Assembly (NCBI GenBank): GCA_965200875.1
Contig: OZ241456.1
Location: 992,001 to 1,056,000, forward strand
Direction of reading: 5' to 3'
DNA from: Bdellovibrionales bacterium
Lineage (GTDB): Bacteria > Bdellovibrionota > Bdellovibrionia > Bdellovibrionales > UBA1609
Length of the DNA: 64,000 bases
Under the pieces are notes generated by a model. It made no database searches. It was given only the letters and a program-made list of their open reading frames with translations, and was not told the DNA's origin. A program made the translations under genes and the position numbers. Shown one piece after another: positions 37,793 to 48,747 of this stretch (the stretch's first letter is position 1; every line of letters starts with the position of its first letter).

Positions 37793-39363
37793 GCTTGCTT
37801 GGCAAAATATCATTGGGCTTAAGTGTTGTCAGTTTTATTATTATAACAACTGTTATGTTTGTTTTAGGGGGCTGGTTGCCGGTTCTGAGTATTTTTTTTG
37901 TTTTATTTATCCTGGGGATTGCGCTTTCTCTGATTATTGATCATAAATTTTATTTAAGTCTTTTGCTTATGAGAACCGCTAAAAATGGGATGTCTATGGG
38001 GATTTCCCTTTTAATTGGTTTGGTGTTTTTTGCTTCTTTGGCGTATTTAAGCCAGCGATTCGAAAAGTCAGTGGATATTACTGAAGAAAAAATCAACTCT
38101 TTGTCACCACAAACAACTCAAATATTGGACAACTTAAAAGACAACATGCGTATTACTGTATTTTATAAAGGCTCTGTGGGAAAACAAAAAAAAGAAGTTA
38201 TAAAAAAGAATCTTTTTTTATTTAAAAAAAGAAGTCGCAAGATAAAAGATTATTATTATGATGTTCATCTGAAAAACAAACTGGCTCAGGAATATTTAAA
38301 TGAACTATCTAATAAAGAAAAAGAGGATATTTTTGTTTTTACAGAATATAAAGGTAAAAAAGTACTGGTTGCAGTGCCTTTTGATGAAGAGAAAATAACT
38401 ACCGCCATAATTAAAGCGACTCGGCGTGAAGAAAACACAATTTATTTTCTTTCTGGACACGGTGAGCGGGAATTATCGGAACAAACAAACGCAGGCATTA
38501 GTGAGCTTGGTTCAGCATTGGCAGGTTCATCTTTCAAAGTGAAAACATGGAATTTTGTTACAGATGGGTTACTTCCTGAAGATGTGTCTGTTTTGATAAT
38601 AGCCGGTCCTGATATTCCTTTTTTGGAAAAGGAACTGCATTGGTTGGAGCAGTATTTGAACAAAGGTGGTAAGATGATAGTGGCTTTGGATCCGGATAAA
38701 AAACATAATTTAAAAGATTTTCTTAAGAAGTTTGGGGTTGATTATCGTTCTCGCTATATAATGGATGGTGTTGCAGGCAGTTTGGGCTTGGGTGTTTTAT
38801 CCACGATAGGTATCCATTATGACAGTTCAAGTCCTGTGACAAAATCTTTCCAACAACGACTTATGTCTGTTTTTTATATAGCCAGTGACTTAAAGACAAT
38901 TTCTGATAGTGGAGCTTTTTCATTTACAGAACTGGTTAGAACAAATGTAAGAACTGTGTCTGTTGCTGATCTAAAGCAAAACCCGGAAGAAGGTGAAGCT
39001 TCTTCTCATACTGTGGCTTTGCTTGTCGAAAAAAATAAAGAGCTTGAGAAAAAAGACGAAGTTGAAAAATCAGATAAAGAGAAGAAAGCACCTTCCATGA
39101 AATTAGCTGTTTTTGGAGATAGCGATTTTTTATCAAATGAGCTTATAAATACAAGAGGTGTAAACAGAGATTTAATATTAAATACAGTTTCTTATCTTGT
39201 GGATGAATTGGATTTGGTGAGTATTCGCCCCAAAAGGCTTAAGGCAACGAAATTGCTTTTAAAAACTTTTGATAAAAAAGCAACGCTCGCTTATGCTGTT
39301 GCTATGCCTGTAATTTTTTTTATTTTTAGTTTTATTATTTGGCTTCGCAGAAGTGGGTCTTAA
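37789..39363 (+). CDS. GldG-like ABC auxiliary protein
   Basis: DITEEKINSLSPQT, YFLSGHGERE, IIAGP, VFGDSDF. Confidence 0.85.
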   Translation: MSLLGKISLGLSVVSFIIITTVMFVLGGWLPVLSIFFVLFILGIALSLIIDHKFYLSLLLMRTAKNGMSMGISLLIGLVFFASLAYLSQRFEKSVDITEEKINSLSPQTTQILDNLKDNMRITVFYKGSVGKQKKEVIKKNLFLFKKRSRKIKDYYYDVHLKNKLAQEYLNELSNKEKEDIFVFTEYKGKKVLVAVPFDEEKITTAIIKATRREENTIYFLSGHGERELSEQTNAGISELGSALAGSSFKVKTWNFVTDGLLPEDVSVLIIAGPDIPFLEKELHWLEQYLNKGGKMIVALDPDKKHNLKDFLKKFGVDYRSRYIMDGVAGSLGLGVLSTIGIHYDSSSPVTKSFQQRLMSVFYIASDLKTISDSGAFSFTELVRTNVRTVSVADLKQNPEEGEASSHTVALLVEKNKELEKKDEVEKSDKEKKAPSMKLAVFGDSDFLSNELINTRGVNRDLILNTVSYLVDELDLVSIRPKRLKATKLLLKTFDKKATLAYAVAMPVIFFIFSFIIWLRRSGS

Positions 39364-39389
39364 AAAAATATCAAAAACGAGTTAATACA

Positions 39390-40880
39390 ATGAGGAAAGT
39401 TACTCCAAATAAAAAAAAGTGGCTGAAAAGGATTATTTACTTTGTTGTCGTGGCTGTTACGGCAGGGTTTGCGTTTTATCAGTATAAGCAATCGCAAAAA
39501 GAAATATTGCTGGCTGAAAAAAAAGATCTTGTTTTTCCCTCTTTGGAGCTTTCTCAAATAGAGAGCTTTTCCCTTGAAAAAAAAGGCACAAAAATTCATG
39601 TATTTCGAAAAGCTGACGACTGGTATCTTGATTCTCCGGTGGAAGATATAGCAGATGCAGATCTGACAAAAGATTGGCTGGAAAATTTGCTAACGGAAAA
39701 AATCAGAATACTTCAGGAAAAAGATGTGGATTGGAAAGAATATGATTTGGCTGAGCGTGTAAAATCCATAGAAATAACAAAGAAATCAAAGGAAAAATTG
39801 GAATTGCATATTAGTAATTATAGCGCATTTGATGGTCAGCTTTATATTAAAAAAGGGGAAAAGCTTTTACTGGGGAATGTATCCTGGGCCAATTTGACAA
39901 ACAGGGATGAAGATTATTTTCGCAGTTATAAACTTTTGAATAAAAAGGTGCATCCTACGGGTATGGTTTATACTTCCAACTTGTTTAAAGCTTGGTTAAA
40001 TTTTGATCACTACAAATGGCAATGGGATGAGAAATCGAGTTCTTTATTTCCTCTGTCACAATCTGATTTAGAATCTTATTGGTCTGATCTTTTAAAAGTG
40101 ACTCTGATGAAGGAAAGCTATCCTGATACCAAAAAAAACCGAAAAAAATATAAACTCAATACCCCAGCCATAGAGCTAAAATTGAAATTCAAGGAAAACG
40201 AAAGTTGGTTCGTTAAAATCAGTCCTGAAATCAAAAGTAAATTTTATGCTTTCATATCCAACAGAAAGTATATTTTTGCTTTAAATAAGGAACAAAGAGA
40301 AAAAATTCTTTTGACAGAGAAAATTATAAGAGATCATCGTCAGCCATTTCAATTTAAGAAAGATCAGGTGTATTTTATGGAGTTGAAAGGTTATGGTCTG
40401 GATGTTCAGTTAAAAAAGGAAGAAGAAAAATGGGTTTTGCTTTCAAGGCGCAAAACCGAAACCAGTAAGAAGGAAGGTATGGAGCAGGAAAATGGTTTAT
40501 TGGCATCTGCTTTGGATGATGGTGCAAAAAAAAATATTAATGAGAAAGTCACTGATAAATTAGAAGTGACAGAATTAAACCCCGAAGAGTTGGAAAAGAT
40601 TTTTAACAGGATACCTGTTCTTTCCGCAAAAGAATATTTCCGCCAAAAAAAATTCAAAAAAACAGCTTATCTGATCTTAAAGAACAAGAAGCAGGAGACT
40701 CTCTTAAAGCTGGAATTGAGTGAACCCTTTGAAAAAAACCGTGGAGATAAAAATAAACAATTTGTATATGTTGTAAGCAGTATTGGTAAAGAGGTAATGA
40801 CTTTGGATTTTTCTGCTGTAAAGTTTATATTTTCCAAGGATTTGTTGCATTCTGTATCTCAGCAAAAAAAAGGTAACTGA
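39390..40880 (+). CDS. DUF4340-like protein
   Basis: N-terminal TM, WYLDSPVEDIAD motif, position after the GldG-like gene. Confidence 0.7.
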   Translation: MRKVTPNKKKWLKRIIYFVVVAVTAGFAFYQYKQSQKEILLAEKKDLVFPSLELSQIESFSLEKKGTKIHVFRKADDWYLDSPVEDIADADLTKDWLENLLTEKIRILQEKDVDWKEYDLAERVKSIEITKKSKEKLELHISNYSAFDGQLYIKKGEKLLLGNVSWANLTNRDEDYFRSYKLLNKKVHPTGMVYTSNLFKAWLNFDHYKWQWDEKSSSLFPLSQSDLESYWSDLLKVTLMKESYPDTKKNRKKYKLNTPAIELKLKFKENESWFVKISPEIKSKFYAFISNRKYIFALNKEQREKILLTEKIIRDHRQPFQFKKDQVYFMELKGYGLDVQLKKEEEKWVLLSRRKTETSKKEGMEQENGLLASALDDGAKKNINEKVTDKLEVTELNPEELEKIFNRIPVLSAKEYFRQKKFKKTAYLILKNKKQETLLKLELSEPFEKNRGDKNKQFVYVVSSIGKEVMTLDFSAVKFIFSKDLLHSVSQQKKGN

Positions 40881-41006
40881 ATAGTCGCTTGTGAAAGAGC
40901 TTGTTATTTTTTTCTGATTAATCACAGCCATAGCACATTAACGATTTTTTCAGAGAGAATTGAATAATTGAGTATGGTGTATTGCCCATTTTGGAGAATC
41001 TAATTT

Positions 41007-42056
41007 ATGAACGATTATAAGGAAAGAAAGTATTTATCCTCAATAGAGGTGGCAAAGTACTTGGGGATTACTGTTCAAAATTTACATGGTTTGGTTAAGC
41101 AAAAGAAACTTAAAAAAGTTATGACTGCCAGTGGCCAAAAACGATTTAAATTGCAAGACTTACAAAGTTATGAAAAAGAAAAGCTTAAAACAAAAAAAGA
41201 AAGAATCAAAACCAAGACAATAAAAAAAGCTATATTACGGATCCACAATACTTCACATAAAATTTATATAAAAAACGCCATGAATATGAGTGAATTGGCA
41301 GATGATTCCATTCATTTAATGGTGACTTCCCCACCGTATTTTAACGCTAAAATGTATACCAAACAGCCCATTAAGGGAGATTTAGGAAATGTGCATGATC
41401 TTAATCAATGGTTTGAAAAAATCGGAATGGTGTGGAAAGAGGTTTTTAGAACACTCCAACCTGGCCGGAAAGCTTTTGTAAATATTATGAACTTGCCTAT
41501 TAGAACAGAAAAAGGCTTTAGAACTTTAAATTTGGTGGGTCGAACAATAGAGGTTATGGAAGACATAGGATTTATTTTTAAAAGAGATATTATATGGCAT
41601 AAGACAAACGGAGTAAAAGCTCATTTTGGCACTTATCCCTATCCGGGAGGCATTTTAATTAATAATATGCACGAGTTTATTTTGGAGTTTAACAAGCCGG
41701 ACAAAAAAGGGTTTAGTAAATATGGTCATTTAACAAAAATACAAAAAGAAATGTCAAAATTGGATAAAGATTTTTGGTTAAGTATTAAGAATACGGATGT
41801 TTGGAAAATGAAGCCGGAAAAAAGTGGAGACCATCGTTCCCATGTAGCCCCTTTTCCTTATGAACTACCTTATAAAATTATTAAAGCTTTTAGTTATATA
41901 GGGGAAACTGTGTTGGATCCTTTTGCAGGAAGTGGAACGACTTGCAAAGTTTCAGCAGATTTAAAAAGAAACAGTGTGGGTTATGAAATTGCTCCTGAAA
42001 TTGCTTCATCAGCTATCATTAGTTTAAAGAATCATCAAACCCGATTATTTGAGTAA
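41007..42056 (+). CDS. Beta-class N4-C/N6-A DNA methyltransferase with N-terminal excisionase/MerR-like HTH
   Basis: VTSPPY precedes VLDPFAGSGTT; N-terminal YLSSIEVAKYLGIT...TASGQKRF. Confidence 0.9.
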   Translation: MNDYKERKYLSSIEVAKYLGITVQNLHGLVKQKKLKKVMTASGQKRFKLQDLQSYEKEKLKTKKERIKTKTIKKAILRIHNTSHKIYIKNAMNMSELADDSIHLMVTSPPYFNAKMYTKQPIKGDLGNVHDLNQWFEKIGMVWKEVFRTLQPGRKAFVNIMNLPIRTEKGFRTLNLVGRTIEVMEDIGFIFKRDIIWHKTNGVKAHFGTYPYPGGILINNMHEFILEFNKPDKKGFSKYGHLTKIQKEMSKLDKDFWLSIKNTDVWKMKPEKSGDHRSHVAPFPYELPYKIIKAFSYIGETVLDPFAGSGTTCKVSADLKRNSVGYEIAPEIASSAIISLKNHQTRLFE

Positions 42057-42209
42057 TGGATTTTTCCTGTCTGATTATTTATCGAGCGTGTAATTTTTTC
42101 ATCAATCTTTTTGATTTTCACTGAATATTAAAGAATATTATAAGTTTTTATATTTTTTTCGAGGTTTTTATATTATATATTTCTTTATTTTGCTATAGAG
42201 GAATATTTT

Positions 42210-44063
42210 GTGAAAAAACGAATATATTTTAAATTTTGGTTATGGAAATTCAATATCAATTCCACTATTTATACAAAGTCAGTTTGTAGTTTTTTTAATC
42301 AATTTGTTTTAAGGTGCAAATCCACTAACACCTCTTTTATTATCCAGGTTCTTTTTTTATCGGTATTTTTAATAGCTGTTGGTTGTACGCGAAGTCCCTC
42401 TGATTCCCTTAGTGATAAACCTGATGTTTTAGATGAGACAAAGCCACCAGCTCCGGCGACAGTAGCACCACCAGCTCCGGCGACAGCACCACCAGCTCCG
42501 GCGACAGCACCACCAGCTCCGGCGACAGTAGCACCACCAGCTCCGGCGACAGTAGCACCACCAGCTCCGGCGACAGTAGCACCACCAGCTCCGGCGACAG
42601 CACCACCAGCTCCGGCGACAGCACCACCACCAACTCCGGCGACAGTAGCACCACCAGCTCCGGCGACAGCACCACCAGTCCCAGAAGAGACTACTGGTGA
42701 AAAGATTGTATGTGCTTTTCCAGATATTCTTAAAACAGCTATTGAATCTCGTCTGAACAAAAATTGTTCTCTTGTTACTACTGATGAAATATCTCAAATT
42801 AAAACTCTGAGAGTGGAAAATATCAAACAGGAATCTGTGGAGGAAATCCTCGGTGAAGAATCTGGTGTTCTTTTCTCATCTCTTGAGGAATTAGATATAT
42901 CTAATAATCCTGAGATGACTTCTCTTCCGCGCTTTGTTTTTGAATTTCCTAGATTAAAAAAATTAAATGTTTCCAATACAGGGATCAGTAATTTTGGTCC
43001 TGAGCTTTGTCACCACTTACAAGAGCTGACAGCATTAAACGCCTCCTATAACAGTTATGAAGGAAATGAAATACCTCTGGCAATTGTCTGTTTAAGTAAT
43101 TTGACGAAGCTGGATTTATCTTACAGCTCTATTCAATATATTGACGAATATATTTGGTACCTTAAAAAATTGGAGAAGCTTTATTTAAGAGGCAATAATC
43201 TAATGAACCTTCCAGTTATGCTCCATCTTATGCCGTCCTTATTGATGCTGGATTTGAGAGACAACCAGTTTGAATATGAACCGATTAACTCTTTTAAGGA
43301 TTGCTCGCAGTTGGAAAAAGATTCTGATGATCAAAAAGAATGTCAGGAAGAACTGTTGGAAACAGTGGACTGTGAATATTGGTATGAACTCCCTTTTGAA
43401 AGAGGAGCAATGGGGAATCGATCTTTTCAGGCAAGATACACGGAAATGACAGGAGCAGAATATAAAGACAGATCAGAGTGTATTGAGTGTGCAACATGTT
43501 ATAACTCATGGATTAACGACTATGTTTTTTATGGCAATCCCGATGATCCTAAAGAGGATCCAGAGCAGGATCCATTAGCTTTAAAGCAAAAACGTGCATA
43601 TCTTTTGGATTTGACTATCAATGGCAAGACAATGCGGGAATGGCGTCTGGCTATGGATGGTTTAGCCAGAGTGGCTAATGAACACTGGTTTAAATGGTCC
43701 TGCCAATTCCATATCAAAGGTATTTCCCTTAGGAATGGTATTTTAAGTAGTATGTATCACTGGTTTTTTCCAAGAAATACGGATTACGGCCCTAGCAGTC
43801 ATGAAGCCCATCCTGAAAGATACCGCTCGCCAGATTGGTCGCGACCACAAACTTGTGAACCTATTAATTATAATACTCCTTTCCCGTCTCAAAAAATGGG
43901 GCCTTGGTCTAAGGCTCTTCCGGCTGTTCAATCTTTTATTGAAGATAAGTATTTGGAACCGGGTTGGGATCATTGTGAGAACTGGCCCACTTCTGCATGC
44001 CCTGATTGGAAGGAGAGAATGGAAAGAGGGGAAGACTATGGAGGTGCTTTTAACAGAAAGTGA
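42210..44063 (+). CDS. Leucine-rich-repeat lipoprotein with Pro/Ala/Thr repeat linker (start uncertain)
   Basis: LIAVGC lipobox; LEELDISNN, LKKLNVSNT, LTKLDLSYS, LEKLYLRGNNL repeats. Confidence 0.85.
   Translation: MKKRIYFKFWLWKFNINSTIYTKSVCSFFNQFVLRCKSTNTSFIIQVLFLSVFLIAVGCTRSPSDSLSDKPDVLDETKPPAPATVAPPAPATAPPAPATAPPAPATVAPPAPATVAPPAPATVAPPAPATAPPAPATAPPPTPATVAPPAPATAPPVPEETTGEKIVCAFPDILKTAIESRLNKNCSLVTTDEISQIKTLRVENIKQESVEEILGEESGVLFSSLEELDISNNPEMTSLPRFVFEFPRLKKLNVSNTGISNFGPELCHHLQELTALNASYNSYEGNEIPLAIVCLSNLTKLDLSYSSIQYIDEYIWYLKKLEKLYLRGNNLMNLPVMLHLMPSLLMLDLRDNQFEYEPINSFKDCSQLEKDSDDQKECQEELLETVDCEYWYELPFERGAMGNRSFQARYTEMTGAEYKDRSECIECATCYNSWINDYVFYGNPDDPKEDPEQDPLALKQKRAYLLDLTINGKTMREWRLAMDGLARVANEHWFKWSCQFHIKGISLRNGILSSMYHWFFPRNTDYGPSSHEAHPERYRSPDWSRPQTCEPINYNTPFPSQKMGPWSKALPAVQSFIEDKYLEPGWDHCENWPTSACPDWKERMERGEDYGGAFNRK
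42444..42677 (+). repeat. Coding tandem repeat, ~10 units of 21/24 bp (PPAPATA / PPAPATVA)
   Basis: CCACCAGCTCCGGCGACA(GTA)GCA units read directly. Confidence 0.95.
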
Positions 44064-44139
44064 AAATAAATCCTGATGTTTTTTGAGCTTTGGTGTACTG
44101 GCGTCAGGTGGAAAACTTTAAGTAACGAAGGATACGGAG

Positions 44140-47100
44140 ATGAAACAATTTTTTAAAATATTTTTAAATATAATTCTTAGCATACAATTTTGCTTTATGC
44201 CTTCTTTAGGTTATTCAGCTGGGGAGGAGAACAAAAGCATTGATGAATCTGTATCCACTTCTTCAGAAGAAAATAGCAATAGAAAACCTATTGAGGATAA
44301 CCCCATTCAAAATATATTAGAGGAACTTCGAAAAAATGTAAGTATAGGAAACCCTGAAACAGTCAAAAGCTTTCAGGATATTATAGACTTGGCTGTGGCG
44401 ATTGAGTCCGGAGATGAAAGGGAATACTTAAGGAACAATCCACAGGTTAAACAGGAAAGAGATAATTTTCTTTTGGCAGATCAAAAAGCGGAAATCATAG
44501 AGTATCATTTTTCTGCTGAGGAGGGAAAAGTTGTTGAGAGGGTGGAGCAGGTTATTAATTTGAACGATTATTCCAGTCGGCCCATACATACTGTGTTCAA
44601 AGATGTGCGTGTTAAATATGATAGCGAGAGCAGGATACTGACTTTTGAAGGTATTTCAGAGGAAACCGTAATGCTTCGCCAGCATATTCCTGATATGGAT
44701 ATAATAGGTTATGTGAATGATAAAGAAGTGCTTGCTATTTTGGATAAAAAAAGAGGTTTAATGTTAGTTGATATGTTTTTTGCTAGGGCTTATTTGGGTT
44801 TAGCCCCTGTGCCTGTTTCCAGAATAATACCTATGGACAAATTAAATACATCAGTTATTTCTGATGATCGTTCAATTTCTTTGGAATTTATCAACCGCGG
44901 TATTCGTCCACCTGATATTGTGCCTAATTATATAAATAATATCGGCAAAAACTTTCAAGAGAACTCTTTGTTTACAGCCGGGGATCTTATGATTTCTGCT
45001 TTGGATAAAGATGGCAAAAAACATTTAGTGCAATTTTTAAAACGAACGGAAATTGCAGGCTGGATGAAGTTGAATTATGAAGTGTTGGATATTATGACAA
45101 AAGTAGTGGCACCCCACTTAATGGGGGCAGAGGATTTGAAAGCTTTTGAGGAGGAGACAAACAATCTGAGGGCAAAAGATCCTAAAACCATGTTGGATCG
45201 CATATTATCCGCTCTTTTTACCAAGCCAGCTCTCCAGAAATTTATGCAGGCTAGTGAAGGGGTTAAAGCCAGAGTGCAACAGCTGGATGATATGTCTCCC
45301 AGAGACACTATGCTTTTTCAGGAATGGCATGAGTCTTTTCAAAAAATAACCGCCCGCCTGCAAGAGCAAAATGTGGAAGGTCAGCCGTCTGAGGACACAT
45401 TGCTTTCCACCAAGGAAATTGCTGATTATTATAAAAAAGATGAAGAAAAATTTGAGAGAGAAAAGGATGTACGAGCTACAGCATTGAGAATTATGGCAGG
45501 AATCACCAGTTCTTTTAAAAAAGGTGTGGCCTTTGCTTACCAGCATAAAATATCTTCCGTTATGGCTGTGGGTATTGCCAGTGGTTTTGTGTTTCCTGAA
45601 ACCTTTATCAAGTTGGTTAACGAATTGTTTCCTATGATTCGTAATCTAATTTACAGTGGAAGTTTTACTCATTATGAAGTAACCTCTCTTCCTAATTTAA
45701 TAACAATGATGGTATTTTTACCAGGTGCTATTATAGCCCTTTCCGCTGTATCCATCCCTTTTATGAAAAAAATAAAAAATATATTTCCACAAAATATTTC
45801 CTTGATCAGAAAGGTATACCATCCAGCAGGTTGGATGGAAGATGTTATAAATAAGTGGGGTCATACGGATATTTCGCAAAAAATTGTTGGTATGGGAATG
45901 AAGATAGTGGCATATACCATTTACCCTTTTTGGAACTACTTGGCTTGGCTTCTCGGAGAGCCTCACTTTTTTTCTGCGATTCAAAAAGGGCTTAATCCTC
46001 TTCAAAAAGTGGATCCAAAATCAGATATTGGGGAGATCGCCAAACTTGAAGAACCTGTGCGTTTTGGAATACAAAAACCACACTGGAGGTATAATGGATC
46101 TTTTAACAGACAAAGGCAATTACAAAATGTGGCACAGGCAAAAAATCAGAGGATACAAAGTATAGCTTGGCTTATGGCCAGTTTATCTGTAGCAGGAAAA
46201 ACAGGAGTAAGCCCTGAACAAATTATTATATACGGAACTTCTTCTCTTAATCTTCAGGATTTAGAGACAGTTCATAATGATGTAAAATTAAAAATGGAAA
46301 TGATTTGGGTGATGAAGAATTTGATGAAAGAAATTCAGGATCTAGGTGAAATGGACATAAGAAAAGAGATTTCAGAATTGGAACCAGAGATGATAATTCG
46401 TTATTATGAAAAAGCTAAAGAATTAGCAGAGGAGGCTCGATCTCATTCTGATTTTAGAAAAAAAGTGCGAAACCTTAGAAATACGGGACTGATTCATGCT
46501 TTGAGGAGAAATCTGAGTTGGCGGTCTGTGGCTGGTTTGAATAGAGCTCAACATGAATTATTAAAAAATGTTCCTTCTGACTTTGTGACAAACAGGGTGA
46601 TAACAGAATTTGCAACAGATCATTTATTGGTGTCTCTTATCCCTCTTCTTACGACAGAACGAGCTGAATTTGGTTTGGAGCATTTTAGCCAGTTGGCCGT
46701 AAATGACGCCAACTTTTCTTGGTCAAGCAAACCTCATCTTAATGAAGTGTGGTTAAATGTGATTGCTCACTTTTTTATATCGGGTGGACAAAGAACTATG
46801 ACTTTTACCAAAAAAACAACAGCTATACAAGATGCACACAAGGTTCATGAACCTTTTTATGAGCCTTTTGAAAGGCATACTCATAAGATAAGACCAAACC
46901 CCCAAGGTGAGGCCACTTACTATGGAAGGCAATTTGCTTATCTGGGTAGTGGAGGCAAAGGGGACAATTTGGGTGGAGTGATGTCTCGAAACTATGTCTC
47001 CAGACTTAGATCTATACAAATGACTCTTGCCCTGATGGTGTCTTTGCGGATGGTTCTTGGAGGGCAGGGGCTTACAGATGCTGTTCTTGCTTTTTTTCTT

Positions 47101-47895
47101 TACCATTTTGCTGGACAGTGGATGTTTGGCTGGCCTTGGGATATTATTACAGGAGGTGCTAGGTTAAATGGACACGAACTAGCTGAGAATCAGAAAAAGA
47201 TGGATGATTTGAGCTTAAGGTTGTCTAGGGTTTCAAGAGCTGTTCATACAGAACAAGAGAGTCTTCAAGAGGAATACAGATCAGCTGTAAATGAGATAAT
47301 AGAGCTCTATAGCAAAAATTCCCAGAAGAGAAATCTGTTGCGTCAATATCTTACAAGTGGTGTGAACCATGATTTGCAGAGACATACGGAAATAATGACA
47401 GATTATAAAAGTTATAATTTTCCAGAAATTCAAAAAGGGGATATACAGACTATGCAACGTACATCTGAAAAATTGATGAATTTGTTGACAGAACACCCTC
47501 CTTTGCCAAATCAACCTAATAAAGTGGGCAACTATCTTTTTACTGCTACATTTGGAGCTCTTCTTACCACTTATTTGTTTGTAACTCTTTCTGTATGGAC
47601 TTTTTCTCCTGAGTATCTGAACCTGAAGACTATTGGTATGTGGGCTGTTATTAATTACTCTCTTTATGGTCTATTCTATCTTGCTTATAAAAAAGGTTTG
47701 AGAGAGCATATAAAAGACATAAGAAACTGGAGAGAGTATGTAAACAGACAAAAAAACAGTTTGAATGAATGGAAAGAAGCCTTTAAAAACTTAAAAGCTC
47801 CTGAAGAAAGCTGGCGCAGTTATTTTTACGATCGGTTTTTGGATATCAGTCGATCCGCAAGTGCTCGTTGCCAAGGGGTTTTTATGAGAAGATAG
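44140..47895 (+). CDS. Large hypothetical membrane protein (1251 aa)
   Basis: Long ORF, signal peptide, several hydrophobic segments; no recognised motif. Confidence 0.8.
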   Translation: MKQFFKIFLNIILSIQFCFMPSLGYSAGEENKSIDESVSTSSEENSNRKPIEDNPIQNILEELRKNVSIGNPETVKSFQDIIDLAVAIESGDEREYLRNNPQVKQERDNFLLADQKAEIIEYHFSAEEGKVVERVEQVINLNDYSSRPIHTVFKDVRVKYDSESRILTFEGISEETVMLRQHIPDMDIIGYVNDKEVLAILDKKRGLMLVDMFFARAYLGLAPVPVSRIIPMDKLNTSVISDDRSISLEFINRGIRPPDIVPNYINNIGKNFQENSLFTAGDLMISALDKDGKKHLVQFLKRTEIAGWMKLNYEVLDIMTKVVAPHLMGAEDLKAFEEETNNLRAKDPKTMLDRILSALFTKPALQKFMQASEGVKARVQQLDDMSPRDTMLFQEWHESFQKITARLQEQNVEGQPSEDTLLSTKEIADYYKKDEEKFEREKDVRATALRIMAGITSSFKKGVAFAYQHKISSVMAVGIASGFVFPETFIKLVNELFPMIRNLIYSGSFTHYEVTSLPNLITMMVFLPGAIIALSAVSIPFMKKIKNIFPQNISLIRKVYHPAGWMEDVINKWGHTDISQKIVGMGMKIVAYTIYPFWNYLAWLLGEPHFFSAIQKGLNPLQKVDPKSDIGEIAKLEEPVRFGIQKPHWRYNGSFNRQRQLQNVAQAKNQRIQSIAWLMASLSVAGKTGVSPEQIIIYGTSSLNLQDLETVHNDVKLKMEMIWVMKNLMKEIQDLGEMDIRKEISELEPEMIIRYYEKAKELAEEARSHSDFRKKVRNLRNTGLIHALRRNLSWRSVAGLNRAQHELLKNVPSDFVTNRVITEFATDHLLVSLIPLLTTERAEFGLEHFSQLAVNDANFSWSSKPHLNEVWLNVIAHFFISGGQRTMTFTKKTTAIQDAHKVHEPFYEPFERHTHKIRPNPQGEATYYGRQFAYLGSGGKGDNLGGVMSRNYVSRLRSIQMTLALMVSLRMVLGGQGLTDAVLAFFLYHFAGQWMFGWPWDIITGGARLNGHELAENQKKMDDLSLRLSRVSRAVHTEQESLQEEYRSAVNEIIELYSKNSQKRNLLRQYLTSGVNHDLQRHTEIMTDYKSYNFPEIQKGDIQTMQRTSEKLMNLLTEHPPLPNQPNKVGNYLFTATFGALLTTYLFVTLSVWTFSPEYLNLKTIGMWAVINYSLYGLFYLAYKKGLREHIKDIRNWREYVNRQKNSLNEWKEAFKNLKAPEESWRSYFYDRFLDISRSASARCQGVFMRR

Positions 47896-47908
47896 ACTCA
47901 TCTATCTT

Positions 47909-48745
47909 TTAGAAAAACTGATCTCCTGAAAGTCCCATTCTGGCTTTTATAATCCTGATAACTTCTCCAGCAGTTTCCTCTAAAGCTCTGTCCGTGACAT
48001 TAACTACTGGCCAGCGGTGTTTTTCAAAAATTTCTCTAGAATAATTCATTTCTTTCAGGATATGAGCCTTGTCAGCGTATTCACGATTAAAATTCCAGCC
48101 AAATTTTTTCAATCTATTTTTTCTAATTTTTATTAGATTGTCTATATCGATGGTCAGTCCAATGATTTTTCTGTAATCCACTTCTGTCAGATCTGGCGGA
48201 AGGGGGATGCCTAACACTAAAGGTACATTAGCCACTTTCCAGCCTTTAAAACTAAGATAAATGGACAAAGGGGTTTTACTGGTTCGGCTGACTCCTATTA
48301 GTACAATGTCTGCGTCTTTCAGTCGCTTGACGGCTTTTCCGTCGTCATGACGAAGAGAAAATTCAGTAGCTTCAATTCTTTTAAAATAATCTTCATCTAC
48401 ACTTCTGAGCAGTCCCGGTTTTTTTTCTTCATTGCTTTTTAATACTCCGTCAAAACTTTTAAAGAGAGAACCAAGGAGATCAATAGCCTTTATGTTTTTT
48501 TTCAAACAAATTTCCTGAATAACTTTTCGTATTTCAGGAAGAACCATTGTGTAAATCAGCAAGCTTTTCCCTTCGGTTTGTATTTTTTCCATAACGGACA
48601 AGGCTTGTTCTTTTGTGCGAATATTTTGATGACGAATAATATTCACTTGGTCTTGTTTGTATTGAACCAGAACAGCTTGTGCGACAGCAGAAGCAGTTTC
48701 TCCTGTTCCGTCTGACATAATATGTAAAGTAAAAAAGGGGTTCAT
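47909..48745 (-). CDS. PEP synthase/PPDK regulatory kinase-pyrophosphorylase (PSRP, DUF299)
   Basis: SDGTGETA, YFKRIEA, HDDG, ADIVLIGVSRTSKTPLS; ATG at 48745. Confidence 0.93.
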   Translation of the reverse strand: MNPFFTLHIMSDGTGETASAVAQAVLVQYKQDQVNIIRHQNIRTKEQALSVMEKIQTEGKSLLIYTMVLPEIRKVIQEICLKKNIKAIDLLGSLFKSFDGVLKSNEEKKPGLLRSVDEDYFKRIEATEFSLRHDDGKAVKRLKDADIVLIGVSRTSKTPLSIYLSFKGWKVANVPLVLGIPLPPDLTEVDYRKIIGLTIDIDNLIKIRKNRLKKFGWNFNREYADKAHILKEMNYSREIFEKHRWPVVNVTDRALEETAGEVIRIIKARMGLSGDQFF

Positions 48746-48747
48746 TT

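Noticed and set aside
42299..42797. Minus-strand repeat ORFs (GAGGATVA, SPELVV, RRSWWC)
   Set aside because: Shadows of the PAT tandem repeat, which has no stops in these frames.
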